From: Gammaproteobacteria bacterium
GTDB taxonomy: Bacteria > Pseudomonadota > Gammaproteobacteria > WFUO01
Direction of reading: 5' to 3'
Assembly: GCA_015484945.1 (NCBI GenBank)
Contig: WFUO01000061.1
Coordinates: 3,510 to 67,509, forward strand
DNA length: 64,000 bases
Shown here piece after piece: positions 16,661 through 27,775 of the stretch. The notes under the pieces were generated by a model, which saw only the letters and a program-made list of their open reading frames with translations, made no database searches and was not told the DNA's origin. Numbering within the stretch: position 1 is the first letter of the stretch; every line of letters begins with the position of its first letter. Position numbers and translations under genes: made by a program.

Positions 16661-19474
16661 TCAACCGGTATTGCGCATCCCGGCCGAGATGGCGTTGATC
16701 GATCGCAGCATGGGATCCAGCCACACCGAGTCGTCGCCATTCGGGTCTTCGCGCAGGCGTTTCATCAGTGTGATCTGGATGTGGTTGAGCGGGTCCAGGT
16801 AAGGGTTGCGGCGCGACAGTGACAGGGCCAGTACCGGGTTTTCCTCGAGCAGGCCGTGGCAGTCACACACTCCCAGCACCTGGCCGATGGTGCGATCGTA
16901 TTCTTCCCGGATCATGCCATAGACGGTGTCGCGCGTGTGCGGGTCATGGCACAGTTGTGAATAGTCTTTGGCGATGTGCATCTCGCCCTTGAACAGGGCC
17001 ATCTGGGTGTTGCTGAGCAGGGCGCGGAAGAACGGCCAGTCGTGGTACATCTGTTGCAGCTTGGCCAGCCGGTTGGGGTCGTTCCGGCGCCACTTCTCCA
17101 GTGCGCTGCCGATACCATACCAGGCCGGCAGCGTATGGCGCGCCAGCGCCCAGCCGAACACCCACGGGATGGCGCGCACCGAACTCTTGGAACGGTTGCC
17201 CTGCTTGCGATGCGATGGGCGTGATCCGATATTGAGCAGGCCGATCTCGTTGACCGGTGTGCACTCGTAGAAATAGTCGAGAAACGAGGGCGTATCATCG
17301 GTCAGCTGGCGATAGGCGCGTTCGCCGGCCTCGGCCAGTTCGTCCATGATGCCGATATAGTCGTTGCGGTCCGGGTCCAGTTCGTGAACGATGCCGCGGC
17401 TGGCCTTCATCAGGCCGCTGACCCCCATGGTCAGTTCGTAGATGGCGGTCTCCACGTTGCTGTACTTGTAAGACAGCACCTCGCCTTGCTCGGTGAACTT
17501 GATTTGCCCGTGCACGGTATTGGGGGGCTGTGCCATGATGGATTCATGCGTCGGCCCGCCGCCACGGCCGATGGTGCCGCCGCGGCCGTGGAACAGGCGG
17601 CATTCGATACCGCGCTCGGCGGCCAGGGCGATGATCTTTTTCTGCGCCTCGTACAGGTTCCAGGTAGAGGCGAGAATGCCGCCATCCTTGCACGAATCGG
17701 AGTAGCCGAGCATGATTTCCTGGATGTTGCCCGAGGCGCGCAGCAGACTGGCGTAGGTGTCGTTGGCCAGCAGCGTGCGCATGACCGTTTCGATGTGGGA
17801 CAGGTCCTCAATGGTCTCGAACAGCGGCGATATGCTGATGTTGCAGAACCAGTTCTTGCCGTCATGGCCGGCCAGCCCCACGCGGTGCGCCAGGTACATG
17901 ACCTCCATGACATGGCTGGCGCTGTGGGTCATCGAGATCACATAGCTGCCGAACACCTCGGGACTGATCTCCGCGCGCATGCGATCCATGACCTGAAAGA
18001 CTTCCATGGTCTCGCGCGTGGGTTCGGTGAGGCCGTCGAGCGTCAATTCACGCGGTTGTTCGCGAAGCAGTCCGGCCAGCAGTTGCAGGCGCGCTTCCTC
18101 TTCCAGTGTATCGTAGTCTTCGCAAAGTCCTTCCCGCGCCAGCAGTTCGCTCACCGCCTCGGTGTGGCGGGTGGATTCCTGGCGCAGGTCCAGGTGTACG
18201 AGATAGAAACCGAAGGTCTCGGCCAGGCGGATCAGGTCCTTGAGCTTGCCATCGGCGATGTTGCCATCATCGTGGCTTTCCAGCGAGTCGCGGATCAGAT
18301 ACAGATCGGCAAGGAATTCGTGTTCAGACGGGTAGGCCGTCGCCGGTGTCTGTATGGTCTTGCCATCCAGCCGCGCGAACGCGGTATCGAGGTTCTGTTG
18401 CAGCCGGTAGCGCATCAGGTGCAGCTTGCGGCGGTATGGTTCGTTGCTGTAACGGTGTGGTTTGTCGGCAAACGCTTCGGGGCACAGGGCTTCGTCACGT
18501 TGCAATGATTCGCGGAAGGCTGGTGTGGTTTCCACCATCTGGTCGGAATGGGTGAGGATGTGTCCCAGTTCGGCGACCTGTTTCAGATAGTGGCGCAATA
18601 CCTCGCTGGTCTGCATGCGCAGGGCCAGCTCGGTGGTTTCGGGTTTGACGAAGGGATTGCCGTCACGGTCGCCGCCGATCCAGGAGCCGAACTGCAGGAA
18701 ACTTGGCACCTTGACCAGCGGGCGCCCCAGCTCGTCCTTGCCGTAGTGACCGGCGATACGTTTTTCCAGGTTGCGATAGACCTCGGGCACCGCGGCGAAC
18801 AGGCATTCGCGGAAGTAGAACAGGCCATTGCGGATCTCGTCGCTGACCTGGGGCTTGTGCACGCGTACTTCGTCGGTCTTCCACAGGATCTGGATCTCGT
18901 TCTGCAGGGCCTCGGTGTATTCGCGGCGTTCCTCGCGTCCGAGGCGGGTATCCTCCAGCTTCTCGGCGACGATGAAGATGCGCCGCAGCGCGTCGTGGAT
19001 GGTGCGGCGTCTGGCCTCGGTCGGATGCGCCGTGAAGACCGGGATATAGGCCAGGCGGTCGAGCAGGGTCTGCAACTGCCCGGCGTCGATGCCCTCGAGA
19101 ATGAAGCCGGTCAGGGTTTCGTCGAATGAACCTGTCCACAGCGGACCGTTGCTGCGCAACTGGCGCCGGCGCGATTGGTGCTGATGCACCTCTTCGGCGA
19201 TATTGACGAGGCTGAAATAGATGTTGAAGGCGCGCAGAACATGGGTGACGGTAGCGGCGTCGAGTTTGCGAATGAAATCATCGAGCTGGTCATGCAGGGC
19301 CGGGTCGTTGTTCTCGCGCAGTTTTATATACCCCTTGCGCAGGGTTTCGACGGCATTCAGTGTGTTCTTGCCGGCGTGTCGTTCGATGACGTTACCAAGC
19401 AGGTTGCCGAACAGCTTCACGCGAGAGCGCAGCTGCTTGTCGCGTGGCAGATTGATCGATCTTTCCGTACTCAT
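16661..19474 (-). CDS. ppc: Phosphoenolpyruvate carboxylase
   Basis: VFTAHPTE, GYSDSCKDGG, FHGRGGTIGRGGGP, and the C-terminal GMRNTG. The track start at 19480 is TTG; ATG at 19474 is chosen. Confidence 0.96.
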   Translation of the reverse strand: MSTERSINLPRDKQLRSRVKLFGNLLGNVIERHAGKNTLNAVETLRKGYIKLRENNDPALHDQLDDFIRKLDAATVTHVLRAFNIYFSLVNIAEEVHQHQSRRRQLRSNGPLWTGSFDETLTGFILEGIDAGQLQTLLDRLAYIPVFTAHPTEARRRTIHDALRRIFIVAEKLEDTRLGREERREYTEALQNEIQILWKTDEVRVHKPQVSDEIRNGLFYFRECLFAAVPEVYRNLEKRIAGHYGKDELGRPLVKVPSFLQFGSWIGGDRDGNPFVKPETTELALRMQTSEVLRHYLKQVAELGHILTHSDQMVETTPAFRESLQRDEALCPEAFADKPHRYSNEPYRRKLHLMRYRLQQNLDTAFARLDGKTIQTPATAYPSEHEFLADLYLIRDSLESHDDGNIADGKLKDLIRLAETFGFYLVHLDLRQESTRHTEAVSELLAREGLCEDYDTLEEEARLQLLAGLLREQPRELTLDGLTEPTRETMEVFQVMDRMRAEISPEVFGSYVISMTHSASHVMEVMYLAHRVGLAGHDGKNWFCNISISPLFETIEDLSHIETVMRTLLANDTYASLLRASGNIQEIMLGYSDSCKDGGILASTWNLYEAQKKIIALAAERGIECRLFHGRGGTIGRGGGPTHESIMAQPPNTVHGQIKFTEQGEVLSYKYSNVETAIYELTMGVSGLMKASRGIVHELDPDRNDYIGIMDELAEAGERAYRQLTDDTPSFLDYFYECTPVNEIGLLNIGSRPSHRKQGNRSKSSVRAIPWVFGWALARHTLPAWYGIGSALEKWRRNDPNRLAKLQQMYHDWPFFRALLSNTQMALFKGEMHIAKDYSQLCHDPHTRDTVYGMIREEYDRTIGQVLGVCDCHGLLEENPVLALSLSRRNPYLDPLNHIQITLMKRLREDPNGDDSVWLDPMLRSINAISAGMRNTG

Positions 19475-19637
19475 TGACAATACCGTGTCCTGGCGCCCGC
19501 CCTGTGCGGGCGCTGTCTGGATGAATGGGCTTTCCGGAATTTATGCTTGCGGGTAGCCGGGGCCGTTCCCGGCCTCTGGCGCCACTGCTATGCGACCGGG
19601 CAAAGCGGCGCCATTATACCTGAAATTGCGGGGAACC

Positions 19638-19660
19638 GTTCAAAATCACGAATTTTGAAC
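19638..19660. promoter_or_regulatory. 9-5-9 perfect palindrome GTTCAAAAT-N5-ATTTTGAAC
   Basis: gttcaaaat (19638-19646), cacga, attttgaac (19652-19660). Lies in the 232 nt spacer between the glgA stop and the ppc start, both on the minus strand. It could be an operator or the glgA terminator hairpin. Confidence 0.3.
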
Positions 19661-19712
19661 ATAAGTTGATGTATTTATAAAGAAAAAGCATCCCAATAGG
19701 GCAACTTTCCGG

Positions 19713-21152
19713 TCATTGGCGAAGCAGGGCCTGATAGCGCGCCAGATACTGCCGCGCGCTGCTGCGCCAACCAAACTCGCGGCGCATGGCATTGCGCATG
19801 ATCTGTTGCCAGCGGCGCCGGTCGCTGAAGCTCTCGGCCGCCTGACGCAGGGCCGCGCGCAGGGCGTCGGCATTGGGTTCGTCGAAGCAGAAGCCGGTGA
19901 TGTCTTGCCCGTCGCCGCCACCATTGGCGCAGCTTACCGTGTCGGCCAGTCCGCCGGTTCGGCGCACGACAGGCGGCGTGCCATAGCGCATGCTGTACAT
20001 CTGGTTCATGCCACAGGGTTCGAAGCGCGAGGGCATGACGAAGATATCGGCGCCGGCCTCAATCAGGTGTGCCAGTCGTTCGTGATAGCCGATTTCGACG
20101 CCCAGACGGCCGGGAAATTGTCGGGCCAGATCACACAGCCGGTTTTCGATATCTGTTTCACCACTGCCGAGAAATACGAAACGCCAGCCTTCGGTGAGCA
20201 GTTCCGGCAGCAGGTCGATGATCAGATCGATGCCTTTTTGCCACACCAGCCTGCCGATGCTGCCGCACAGGGGGCCGGTGCCGACCTCGATGCCGAAATG
20301 CCGGCACAAGGCATCACGGTTGACGCGCTTGTCGGACAGCTTGCGGGCGTTGTACGTCTGTGCGATCAGTGGATCATGGCGTGGATCCCATGCGGTGGTA
20401 TCGATGCCGTTGAGAATGCCGCTGAGACGGTCGGCACGGGACTGCAGTACGCCCTCCAGTCCGCAGCCGAATTCCGGGCGCATGATCTCGTCGGCATAGG
20501 TGGGGCTGACGGTGGTGATCCAGTCGGCGTACACCAGCCCCCCCTTCATGAACGAGAAACTCCCATAGAACTCCAATGCGTGCATGGACCACAGTGTGTC
20601 ATCCAGCCCCAGGCGTTCGAACCACTCGCGCGCAAATATGCCCTGGTAGGCGAGATTGTGGATCGTGAACAGCACTGGCGGGTGGGGTTTGTCGCGCAAT
20701 ATCACTGGCACCAGCCCGGTCTGCCAGTCGTTGCAGTGGAGGATGTCCGGTTGCCAGCCCGACAGGCGCGCGGGTCCAGTGAGCTGCGCGACTACATCGG
20801 CAAATGCCGCGAAACGATGGGCGTTGTCGGGCCAGTCCCGGCCGTGTTCATCGGCATACGGTCCGCCGGGCCGGTCGTAGAGCATGGGGATATCGACCAG
20901 ATAGACGGGGATGCGCGTGCCCGGCAGACGGGTTTCCAGCAGCCGGTAGCTGTCGCCACGCGCCGTGTGAGAAGAAAACAGCGGACGCGGCCGTTCGTCC
21001 GTTGTGATGCAGCGGTAGGCCGGCATCACCAGGCGCACATCCTGTCTCAGGGCTGAAAGCGCGCGCGGCAGGCTGTTGCTGACATCTGCCAGGCCACCGG
21101 TCTTGATCAGGGGATGCGCCTCGCTGGTGACGAACAGTATCTTCATGTGCAT
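19713..21152 (-). CDS. glgA: Glycogen synthase (ADP-glucose type)
   Basis: [22 protein letters not shown] is a canonical GlgA N-terminus. The start is either 21152 or 21146. Confidence 0.94.
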   Translation of the reverse strand: MHMKILFVTSEAHPLIKTGGLADVSNSLPRALSALRQDVRLVMPAYRCITTDERPRPLFSSHTARGDSYRLLETRLPGTRIPVYLVDIPMLYDRPGGPYADEHGRDWPDNAHRFAAFADVVAQLTGPARLSGWQPDILHCNDWQTGLVPVILRDKPHPPVLFTIHNLAYQGIFAREWFERLGLDDTLWSMHALEFYGSFSFMKGGLVYADWITTVSPTYADEIMRPEFGCGLEGVLQSRADRLSGILNGIDTTAWDPRHDPLIAQTYNARKLSDKRVNRDALCRHFGIEVGTGPLCGSIGRLVWQKGIDLIIDLLPELLTEGWRFVFLGSGETDIENRLCDLARQFPGRLGVEIGYHERLAHLIEAGADIFVMPSRFEPCGMNQMYSMRYGTPPVVRRTGGLADTVSCANGGGDGQDITGFCFDEPNADALRAALRQAAESFSDRRRWQQIMRNAMRREFGWRSSARQYLARYQALLRQ

Positions 21153-21263
21153 GAGTTTACACCAAACCGTTGGTGTTCCTGTGCTACGATACGCATGCGG
21201 CCGGCAAGTGCCACGAGAGGCCGGTCATGGGTTGGCAGTCGAGACGAACCGCAGGATGGGAAC

Positions 21264-22901
21264 ATGAAGGAATCACAAAGCTGGCGCAGACTGGAGGAGC
21301 ACAGCAGGGAGATGGCGGGGCGTCACATGCGCGATCTGTTCGCCGCCGATCCGCACCGTTTCGAGCGTTTTTCGCTCAAGGTGGGTGATATCTTTCTCGA
21401 TTATTCCAAGAACCGTATCACGCAGGAGACCCTGGATCTGTTGTTTGCGCTGTTGCGTGAGAGCGAGGTCGAGCAGTGGCGCGAGCGCATGTTCCGTGGC
21501 GAGAAGATCAATTTCACCGAGCGGCGGGCGGTATTGCACACGGCCCTGCGTCAGCAGACCGATGAGCCGGTGTATGTCGATGGTCATGATGTGATACCTG
21601 ATATACGCGCGGTGCTCGATCGCATGGAGGATTTCTGCAACCGGGTGCGTTCCGGTGAATGGACCGGCTATACCGGCATGCGCATCACCGATGTCGTCAA
21701 CCTGGGCATCGGCGGTTCCGATCTCGGCCCCAAGACCGTGACCGAAGCGCTCAAGCCCTATGCGCATGAATCCATACGCACCCATTTCGTCTCCAATATC
21801 GATGCCACGCATATCGCCGAAACGCTGAAACTGCTCGATCCCGCAACCACACTGTTCATTGTTGCCTCCAAGTCCTTCACTACCGAGGAGACGATGACCA
21901 ACGCCAATACCGCGCGCCGGTGGTTCCTGGAACATGGCGGCGCAGAAGCGGATATCTCACGCCATTTCGTTGCGGTATCGACCAATACCGAGGCGGTGCG
22001 GGCCTTCGGCATCGACACTGGCAACATGTTCGAATTCTGGGACTGGGTTGGTGGCCGCTATTCGGTCTGGTCGGCCATCGGCCTGCCGGTGGCCCTGTCG
22101 GTGGGCATGGACCGTTTTCGTGCCTTCCTGCGTGGCGGTTGGGAGATGGACCGGCATTTTCGCACTGCGTCGCCGGAACACAACATGCCCATGATCCTGG
22201 CCATGATCGGCATCTGGTACAACAACTTCTGTGGCGCCGAGACCCATGCGGTAATGCCTTATGATCAGTATCTGCGCTATCTTCCCATGCATCTGCAGCA
22301 GGTGGACATGGAAAGCAATGGCAAGCGCATCACGCGTGACGGCACCCAGGTGGAATGGCATACCGGACCGGTGATCTGGGGCGAGGCCGGCGCCAATGGC
22401 CAGCATTCTTTCTACCAGTTGTTGCATCAGGGCACGCATCTGATTTCGGCCGATTTCATCCTGCCGATGCAGTCGCACAATCCCATCGGCAATCATCATG
22501 ACCGACTGGTCGCCAATTGCATCGCCCAGACCGAGGCGCTGGTGCTCGGCCGCACGGCCGATGAAGTGCGCAAGGACATGCTCGCTTCGGGTTGTGGCGA
22601 GGATGAGATTGCAGCGCTGTTGCCGCACAAGGTGTTTCCCGGCAACTTTCCCACCAACTCCCTGTTGATCGACAAGCTGACCCCCGAATCGCTCGGTGCC
22701 CTGATCGCGCTGTACGAACACAAGGTCTTCGTCCAGGGTATCGTCTGGCGTGTCAATTCCTTCGACCAGTGGGGCGTGGAACTGGGCAAGCACCTGACCG
22801 GCCGTATCGAAGCCGAGATCGCCCGCGGCGAGCCGGTGACCAGTCATGGTCAGTCCACCAACGGCCTGATCAACTACTACCTGGGCCACCGGCGTTCCTG
22901 A
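21264..22901 (+). CDS. pgi: Glucose-6-phosphate isomerase
   Basis: Internal ATG 21264 (aggatggg SD) of track ORF 21114..22901. Motifs [26 protein letters not shown]. Confidence 0.94.
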   Translation: MKESQSWRRLEEHSREMAGRHMRDLFAADPHRFERFSLKVGDIFLDYSKNRITQETLDLLFALLRESEVEQWRERMFRGEKINFTERRAVLHTALRQQTDEPVYVDGHDVIPDIRAVLDRMEDFCNRVRSGEWTGYTGMRITDVVNLGIGGSDLGPKTVTEALKPYAHESIRTHFVSNIDATHIAETLKLLDPATTLFIVASKSFTTEETMTNANTARRWFLEHGGAEADISRHFVAVSTNTEAVRAFGIDTGNMFEFWDWVGGRYSVWSAIGLPVALSVGMDRFRAFLRGGWEMDRHFRTASPEHNMPMILAMIGIWYNNFCGAETHAVMPYDQYLRYLPMHLQQVDMESNGKRITRDGTQVEWHTGPVIWGEAGANGQHSFYQLLHQGTHLISADFILPMQSHNPIGNHHDRLVANCIAQTEALVLGRTADEVRKDMLASGCGEDEIAALLPHKVFPGNFPTNSLLIDKLTPESLGALIALYEHKVFVQGIVWRVNSFDQWGVELGKHLTGRIEAEIARGEPVTSHGQSTNGLINYYLGHRRS

Positions 22902-22910
22902 GGCAGCGGC

Positions 22911-23870
22911 ATGCGCATCCTTGCGGGCGACATCGGCGGTACCCACAGCCGTTTCGCTGTCTTTCGGCTGAATGACGGCCAGTTGGAGCAGCAGCGACGT
23001 CTGTTGCTTGCAAGTGCGGACCATGCGGATGCCGATGCCATGCTGGCAGCGTGTGCCGCACAGCTGGGTGACGATACGGGTTTCGATGCCGCCTGTCTGG
23101 CTGTTGCCGGTCCGGTGCGCGACGGTGTGGCACAACTGACCAATCTGCCATGGCGAATCGATGCCGATACCGTGCGCCGTCACCTGGCCTGTGGTCAGGT
23201 GACCATTCTCAACGATTTCGAGGCCCTTGCGCATGCCGTGGCGGGCGGTGTGGCCGCTGACGATCTGGTGGCCCTGCTCGACCGTCCGGCCGCGGCCGAT
23301 GCCAACCGGGTGGTGCTGGGGCCGGGCACTGGCCTGGGTGTGGGCCTGCTGGTTCGTCACGGTGGCAGTTGGTGTGTGGTGGCGACCGAGGGCGGACACG
23401 CCGATTTCGCCCCGCGCGGCCAGGAACAGATGCGTCTGCTACACTTTCTGCAGGCGCGTCACGATCATGTGAGTTACGAGCGCGTCCTGTCCGGGCCGGG
23501 TATCGAGGCGATCCATGGCTTTTTTCGCAGCCAGGCCGGAGACACGGGCAATGGTCCGGAGGCGGTTCATATTACGCGTGCCGCGCTGCAAGGTGACGAA
23601 CTGGCGCTGCGCACGATGCGGTTGTTCGTCGAGGCGCTGGGCGCGTTTGCCGGCAATCTGGCCCTGCTGGGCATGGCGCGGGGCGGCCTGTTCATCGCCG
23701 GCGGAATCGCGCCGGCCATTCTGCCCTTGCTGGGAGACGGGCGTTTCGCAGACGCCTTTCATGACAAGGGGCGGATGCGCGCGTTGCTGGAATCGGTGCC
23801 GGTAAGTGTCATCACCGGTGATGATGCCGGCCTGCATGGCGCGGCGCTGTACTGCCTGCGGCAGCGATGA
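22911..23870 (+). CDS. glk: Glucokinase
   Basis: MRILAGDIGGTHSRFAV and ATEGGHADFAP are Glk motifs. Confidence 0.9.
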   Translation: MRILAGDIGGTHSRFAVFRLNDGQLEQQRRLLLASADHADADAMLAACAAQLGDDTGFDAACLAVAGPVRDGVAQLTNLPWRIDADTVRRHLACGQVTILNDFEALAHAVAGGVAADDLVALLDRPAAADANRVVLGPGTGLGVGLLVRHGGSWCVVATEGGHADFAPRGQEQMRLLHFLQARHDHVSYERVLSGPGIEAIHGFFRSQAGDTGNGPEAVHITRAALQGDELALRTMRLFVEALGAFAGNLALLGMARGGLFIAGGIAPAILPLLGDGRFADAFHDKGRMRALLESVPVSVITGDDAGLHGAALYCLRQR

Positions 23871-23937
23871 CGGGAGATCGTTGCGCATGGCCGGAGATAT
23901 TTCCGGGGGGTATTCGACTGTTAATGGAGGAACAACC

Positions 23938-24144
23938 ATGAAGCTGGCACAAATCAGGAGTCTGGCCAGACAGCACGGCATCAAGGTTGGACACATGAAC
24001 AAGACGCAACTTGTCCGTGCGATCCAGAAGCAAGAGGGTAACTTCGACTGCTTTGCCACCGCGGTGGACAATTATTGCGATCAGGAAGATTGTATCTGGC
24101 GTGAAGACTGTTTCACGCTGGCGCGCCGGTCTCACGACGCCTGA
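23938..24144 (+). CDS. Small Rho_N/SAP-like protein with a 4-Cys C-terminal motif
   Basis: 68 aa from ATG 23938, with SD ggagg 7 nt upstream. MKLAQIRSLARQHGIKVGHMNKTQLVRAIQ is a Rho-N/SAP-type helix-extended-helix. It is followed by CFATAVDNYCDQEDCIWREDC. Confidence 0.65.
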   Translation: MKLAQIRSLARQHGIKVGHMNKTQLVRAIQKQEGNFDCFATAVDNYCDQEDCIWREDCFTLARRSHDA

Positions 24145-24152
24145 GCACCGTT

Positions 24153-26324
24153 TCAGTCATCACGCTTGAGAACGATCCCGGCCAGTGGTGGGAGGTCCAG
24201 CACCAGTGAGTGCGTGCGTCCCATCCAGGCAACGGATTCGGTCTCGTATTCGGGCGGGCTGTCGTAGTTGCTGCCGCCGTAATACTCAGAGTCCGAATTG
24301 TGGATAACCCGGTAGTGGCCGGGCTCGGGTACGCCGATGCGGTAGCCGGGGCGTGGCACCGGGGTAAAGTTCAGTATCACGAGTACCCGTCGGCCATCTG
24401 CCTGACGTATGAAGCTGAGTACTGACTGCGAGGCGTCGTGGCAGTCGATCCACTCGAAGCCTTCGGCTTCGAAGTCGTAACGGTGCAGGGCGGGTTCGGT
24501 GGTATAGAGCCTGTTCAGGTCGCTGACCAGTTTCCGGATACCCGCATGCAGCGGATAGTCCGTCAGATGCCATTCCAGTTGCTGGTCGTGGTCCCATTCA
24601 CGGCCCTGGGCGATATCGTTGCCCATGAACAGCAGCTTGTGTCCGGGATAACAGTACATGTAGGTGTAGAGCAGGCGCAGATTGGCGAAACGCTGCCACT
24701 CGTCGCCTGGCATCTTGTTGATCATCGAGGCCTTGCCGTGAACCACTTCGTCGTGTGAGAACGGCAGCACGAAGTTTTCACTGAAGGCATATAGCAGGCC
24801 AAAGGTCAGCTGGTCGTGATGATAGTGGCGATGGACCGGTTCCTTGCTCATGTATTGCAGGGTGTCGTGCATCCAGCCCATGTTCCATTTCATGTTGAAG
24901 CCGAGGCCACCCAGCCAAACGGGCCGTGAGACCTGGGGCCACGATGTCGATTCCTCCGCAATGGTCAGGCACCCGGGGTGGCGACTCTGCACCACAGTGT
25001 TCAGTTCACGCAGGAAGTCGATGGCCTCGAGATTTTCGTTGCCGCCATATTCGTTGGGCACCCAGTCGCCCGGTTCTCGAGAATAGTCGAGATATAGCAT
25101 CGAGGCCACGGCATCGACACGCAGGCCATCGATATGGAATTCCTCGACCCAGTACATGGCGCTGGAGACGAGCAGGTTGCGTACTTCGTTGCGGCCGTAG
25201 TTGTAGATCAGCGTACCCCAGTCACGGTGCTCACCCTTGCGCGGATCCTCGTGCTCGTACAGCGGGGTGCCGTCAAAACGCGCCAGGGCGTGGGCGTCCC
25301 TGGGGAAATGCGCCGGTACCCAGTCGAGGATCACACCGATGCCGTGTTGGTGGCACAGGTCAATGAAGGCGCGAAAATCATCCGGGTCGCCGAACCGGCT
25401 GGTGGGCGCGAAATAGCCCGTGGTCTGGTAGCCCCACGAGGCATCCAGCGGGTGTTCGGTGACTGGCAGCAGTTCGATATGGGTGTAACCCATATCCAGC
25501 ACGTAGGCGACCAGTTGCCCGGCCAGCTCACGGTAGCCGAGAAAACCATTGTTTTCGTCACGCCGCCACGAACCGAGATGGACTTCGTAGATGGACATCG
25601 GTGTGTGTTGCCAGTCGTGAACACGGCGGCGTTCGAGCCAGTCATGGTCTTGCCACTGGTAATCGCTCTGCCAGATCCGGCTGGCGTTGCCGGGGCGCAC
25701 CTCCATATACTGGGCGTAGGGGTCGGTCTTGAGCAGCAGTTCGCCGCTGTTTGTGAGGATCTCGTACTTGTACAGGCCGCCGGGTGTGATACCGGGTATG
25801 AACAGTTCCCAGACCCCGCTGTGTCCGCGTACGCGCATTGGATGACGGCGGCCATCCCAGGCGTTGAAATCGCCGACCACGCTGATACGCTGAGCATTCG
25901 GCGCCCAGACGGCGAACAATACGCCATCGATGTCGTCCGTCCGGTGAGCATGGGCGCCCATAAACCGGTAGGCATGCCAATGCCGCCCCTCGCCGAACAG
26001 GTGCAGGTCGTAATCGGAGAGCTGTGGCAAAAAGGCGTAGGGGTCGTATTCACAGTGAGGCTGACCGTCGGTGTCGATCCAGCGGATGCGATAACGGTCC
26101 GGCAGTTCCCTGCAGCCTTCCCAGGTGAACAGGTCGGTATCGTGCAGGCGCCGCATCGGTTCGCCGATATCGGCGATCTCCGCCCCACTGGCACCTGGCA
26201 GCAGGGCCCGAACGATGGTTCGATCCCCCTGCTGGTGGCGGCCGAGCACACAGAACGGGTCGTGATGGCGGAAGGACAGTACCCGCAGTGTGTCGTCGTC
26301 GAGTTGTCGGTGATCACTGTTCAT
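24153..26324 (-). CDS. glgB: 1,4-alpha-glucan branching enzyme
   Basis: GH13 branching-enzyme motifs [38 protein letters not shown]. Start trimmed to ATG 26324 ([13 protein letters not shown]). Confidence 0.94.
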   Translation of the reverse strand: MNSDHRQLDDDTLRVLSFRHHDPFCVLGRHQQGDRTIVRALLPGASGAEIADIGEPMRRLHDTDLFTWEGCRELPDRYRIRWIDTDGQPHCEYDPYAFLPQLSDYDLHLFGEGRHWHAYRFMGAHAHRTDDIDGVLFAVWAPNAQRISVVGDFNAWDGRRHPMRVRGHSGVWELFIPGITPGGLYKYEILTNSGELLLKTDPYAQYMEVRPGNASRIWQSDYQWQDHDWLERRRVHDWQHTPMSIYEVHLGSWRRDENNGFLGYRELAGQLVAYVLDMGYTHIELLPVTEHPLDASWGYQTTGYFAPTSRFGDPDDFRAFIDLCHQHGIGVILDWVPAHFPRDAHALARFDGTPLYEHEDPRKGEHRDWGTLIYNYGRNEVRNLLVSSAMYWVEEFHIDGLRVDAVASMLYLDYSREPGDWVPNEYGGNENLEAIDFLRELNTVVQSRHPGCLTIAEESTSWPQVSRPVWLGGLGFNMKWNMGWMHDTLQYMSKEPVHRHYHHDQLTFGLLYAFSENFVLPFSHDEVVHGKASMINKMPGDEWQRFANLRLLYTYMYCYPGHKLLFMGNDIAQGREWDHDQQLEWHLTDYPLHAGIRKLVSDLNRLYTTEPALHRYDFEAEGFEWIDCHDASQSVLSFIRQADGRRVLVILNFTPVPRPGYRIGVPEPGHYRVIHNSDSEYYGGSNYDSPPEYETESVAWMGRTHSLVLDLPPLAGIVLKRDD

Positions 26325-26500
26325 GATTTTGTGACATGAAAACGGTTTATCCTTCGCCTCCGCAGGCCTATAGTATGACGGGTATGGACAGCATGTATGC
26401 GTTTCCCGGACGTGATACATGACGAGAGGTGTCCACCGCGAACGGCCAGAAACCGGGCGTTGTGGGCGGGCATGAACAGGATAACGGAGTAATCGGGCCC

Positions 26501-27775
26501 ATGCACACTGATTTTACCCCCCGGCACATCAGCCGCCTGACGAGGAACACACTGGCTCTCATTCTGGCGGGAGGGCGTGGATCACGTCTCAAGCAGCTTA
26601 CGCTGTGGCGCGCCAAGCCGGCGGTGCCGTTTGGTGGAAAGTTCCGTATCATCGATTTCGTTTTGTCTAACTGTGTGAATTCCGGCATCCGTCAGATCGG
26701 GCTCATCACCCAGTACAAGGCACACTCGCTGTTGTTGCATGTACAGAAAGGCTGGAGCTTTCTGCGCGGCGAGTTCGGCGAGTTCGTCGAGCTGTTGCCT
26801 GCGCAGCAACGCATCGAATCGTCATGGTATGCGGGCACCGCCGATGCCGTGTACCAGAATCTGGACATCATACGCAGCCACGGCCCCGAGTTCGTCGTCA
26901 TTCTCGCCGGTGACCACATATACAAGATGGACTACGGACCGATGATTGCCTATCACGTTTCCCGTGAAGCGGATCTGACCGTGGGTTGTATAGAGGTTCC
27001 GGTCGATCAGGCGAAGGGTTTCGGTATCATGTCGGTCGATGACGAGCAACGCATCACCTGTTTCACCGAGAAGCCCGAGTGCCCACAGTGTATTCCGGGC
27101 AAGCCGGACAAGGCCCTGGCGTCGATGGGTATCTATGTCTTCGATACCGGTTTCCTGTTCGAACAACTGCTTGCCGATGCCGACAATCCAGAATCCTCAC
27201 ACGATTTCGGTCATGACATCATTCCTTCGGTGATTGGTAATCACCGGGTTTTCGCGTATCCGTTCTATGCCAGTGGCGACGGGGTGCACAAGGAGGCCTA
27301 TTGGCGTGATGTGGGCACGGTGGATGCCTATTGGCTAGCCAACCAGGAACTGATCGGCGTATCACCGGAGCTGAACCTCTATGATGAGGAATGGCCGATT
27401 TGGACCTATCAGGAACAGTTGCCGCCCGCCAAGTTCGTATTCGATGACGACGACCGGCGCGGCATGGCGGTGGATTCCATGGTATCGGGGGGCTGTATCA
27501 TCTCCGGCGCCTGCATTCGGCATTCCCTGTTGTTTTCCCATGTTCGGGTCAACTCCTATTCGGAGGTAACCGACTCGGTGGTGTTGCCGGATGTGGTCAT
27601 CGGCCAGCGATGCCGCATACATCGGGCGATCATCGACAAGGGCTGCCGCATACCCGATGGCATGCAGATCGGCATGGATGCCGATGAGGACCGCCGCCGA
27701 TTTTACGTCAGTGAACAGGGTGTGGTGCTGGTGACGCCCGAGATGCTGGGGCAGAAACTGCATTATGTCCGCTGA
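26501..27775 (+). CDS. glgC: Glucose-1-phosphate adenylyltransferase
   Basis: [42 protein letters not shown] 26501 has SD ggag 11 nt upstream. The track start at 26429 is an extension. Confidence 0.93.
   Translation: MHTDFTPRHISRLTRNTLALILAGGRGSRLKQLTLWRAKPAVPFGGKFRIIDFVLSNCVNSGIRQIGLITQYKAHSLLLHVQKGWSFLRGEFGEFVELLPAQQRIESSWYAGTADAVYQNLDIIRSHGPEFVVILAGDHIYKMDYGPMIAYHVSREADLTVGCIEVPVDQAKGFGIMSVDDEQRITCFTEKPECPQCIPGKPDKALASMGIYVFDTGFLFEQLLADADNPESSHDFGHDIIPSVIGNHRVFAYPFYASGDGVHKEAYWRDVGTVDAYWLANQELIGVSPELNLYDEEWPIWTYQEQLPPAKFVFDDDDRRGMAVDSMVSGGCIISGACIRHSLLFSHVRVNSYSEVTDSVVLPDVVIGQRCRIHRAIIDKGCRIPDGMQIGMDADEDRRRFYVSEQGVVLVTPEMLGQKLHYVR

Noticed and set aside
21114-21263. N-terminal extensions offered by the ORF track for pgi. 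The same applies to lptG 3020, folK 7948, panC 9875, glgB 26420, glgC 26429, queG 34895, nnr 34772, mutL 39606, hflK 44380, hisZ 46770, purA 47917 and rpsF 60838.
   Set aside because: The extensions overlap upstream genes or divergent promoters and have junk-like sequence. In each case an internal ATG gives the canonical family N-terminus, often with an SD or an ATGA stop/start overlap.
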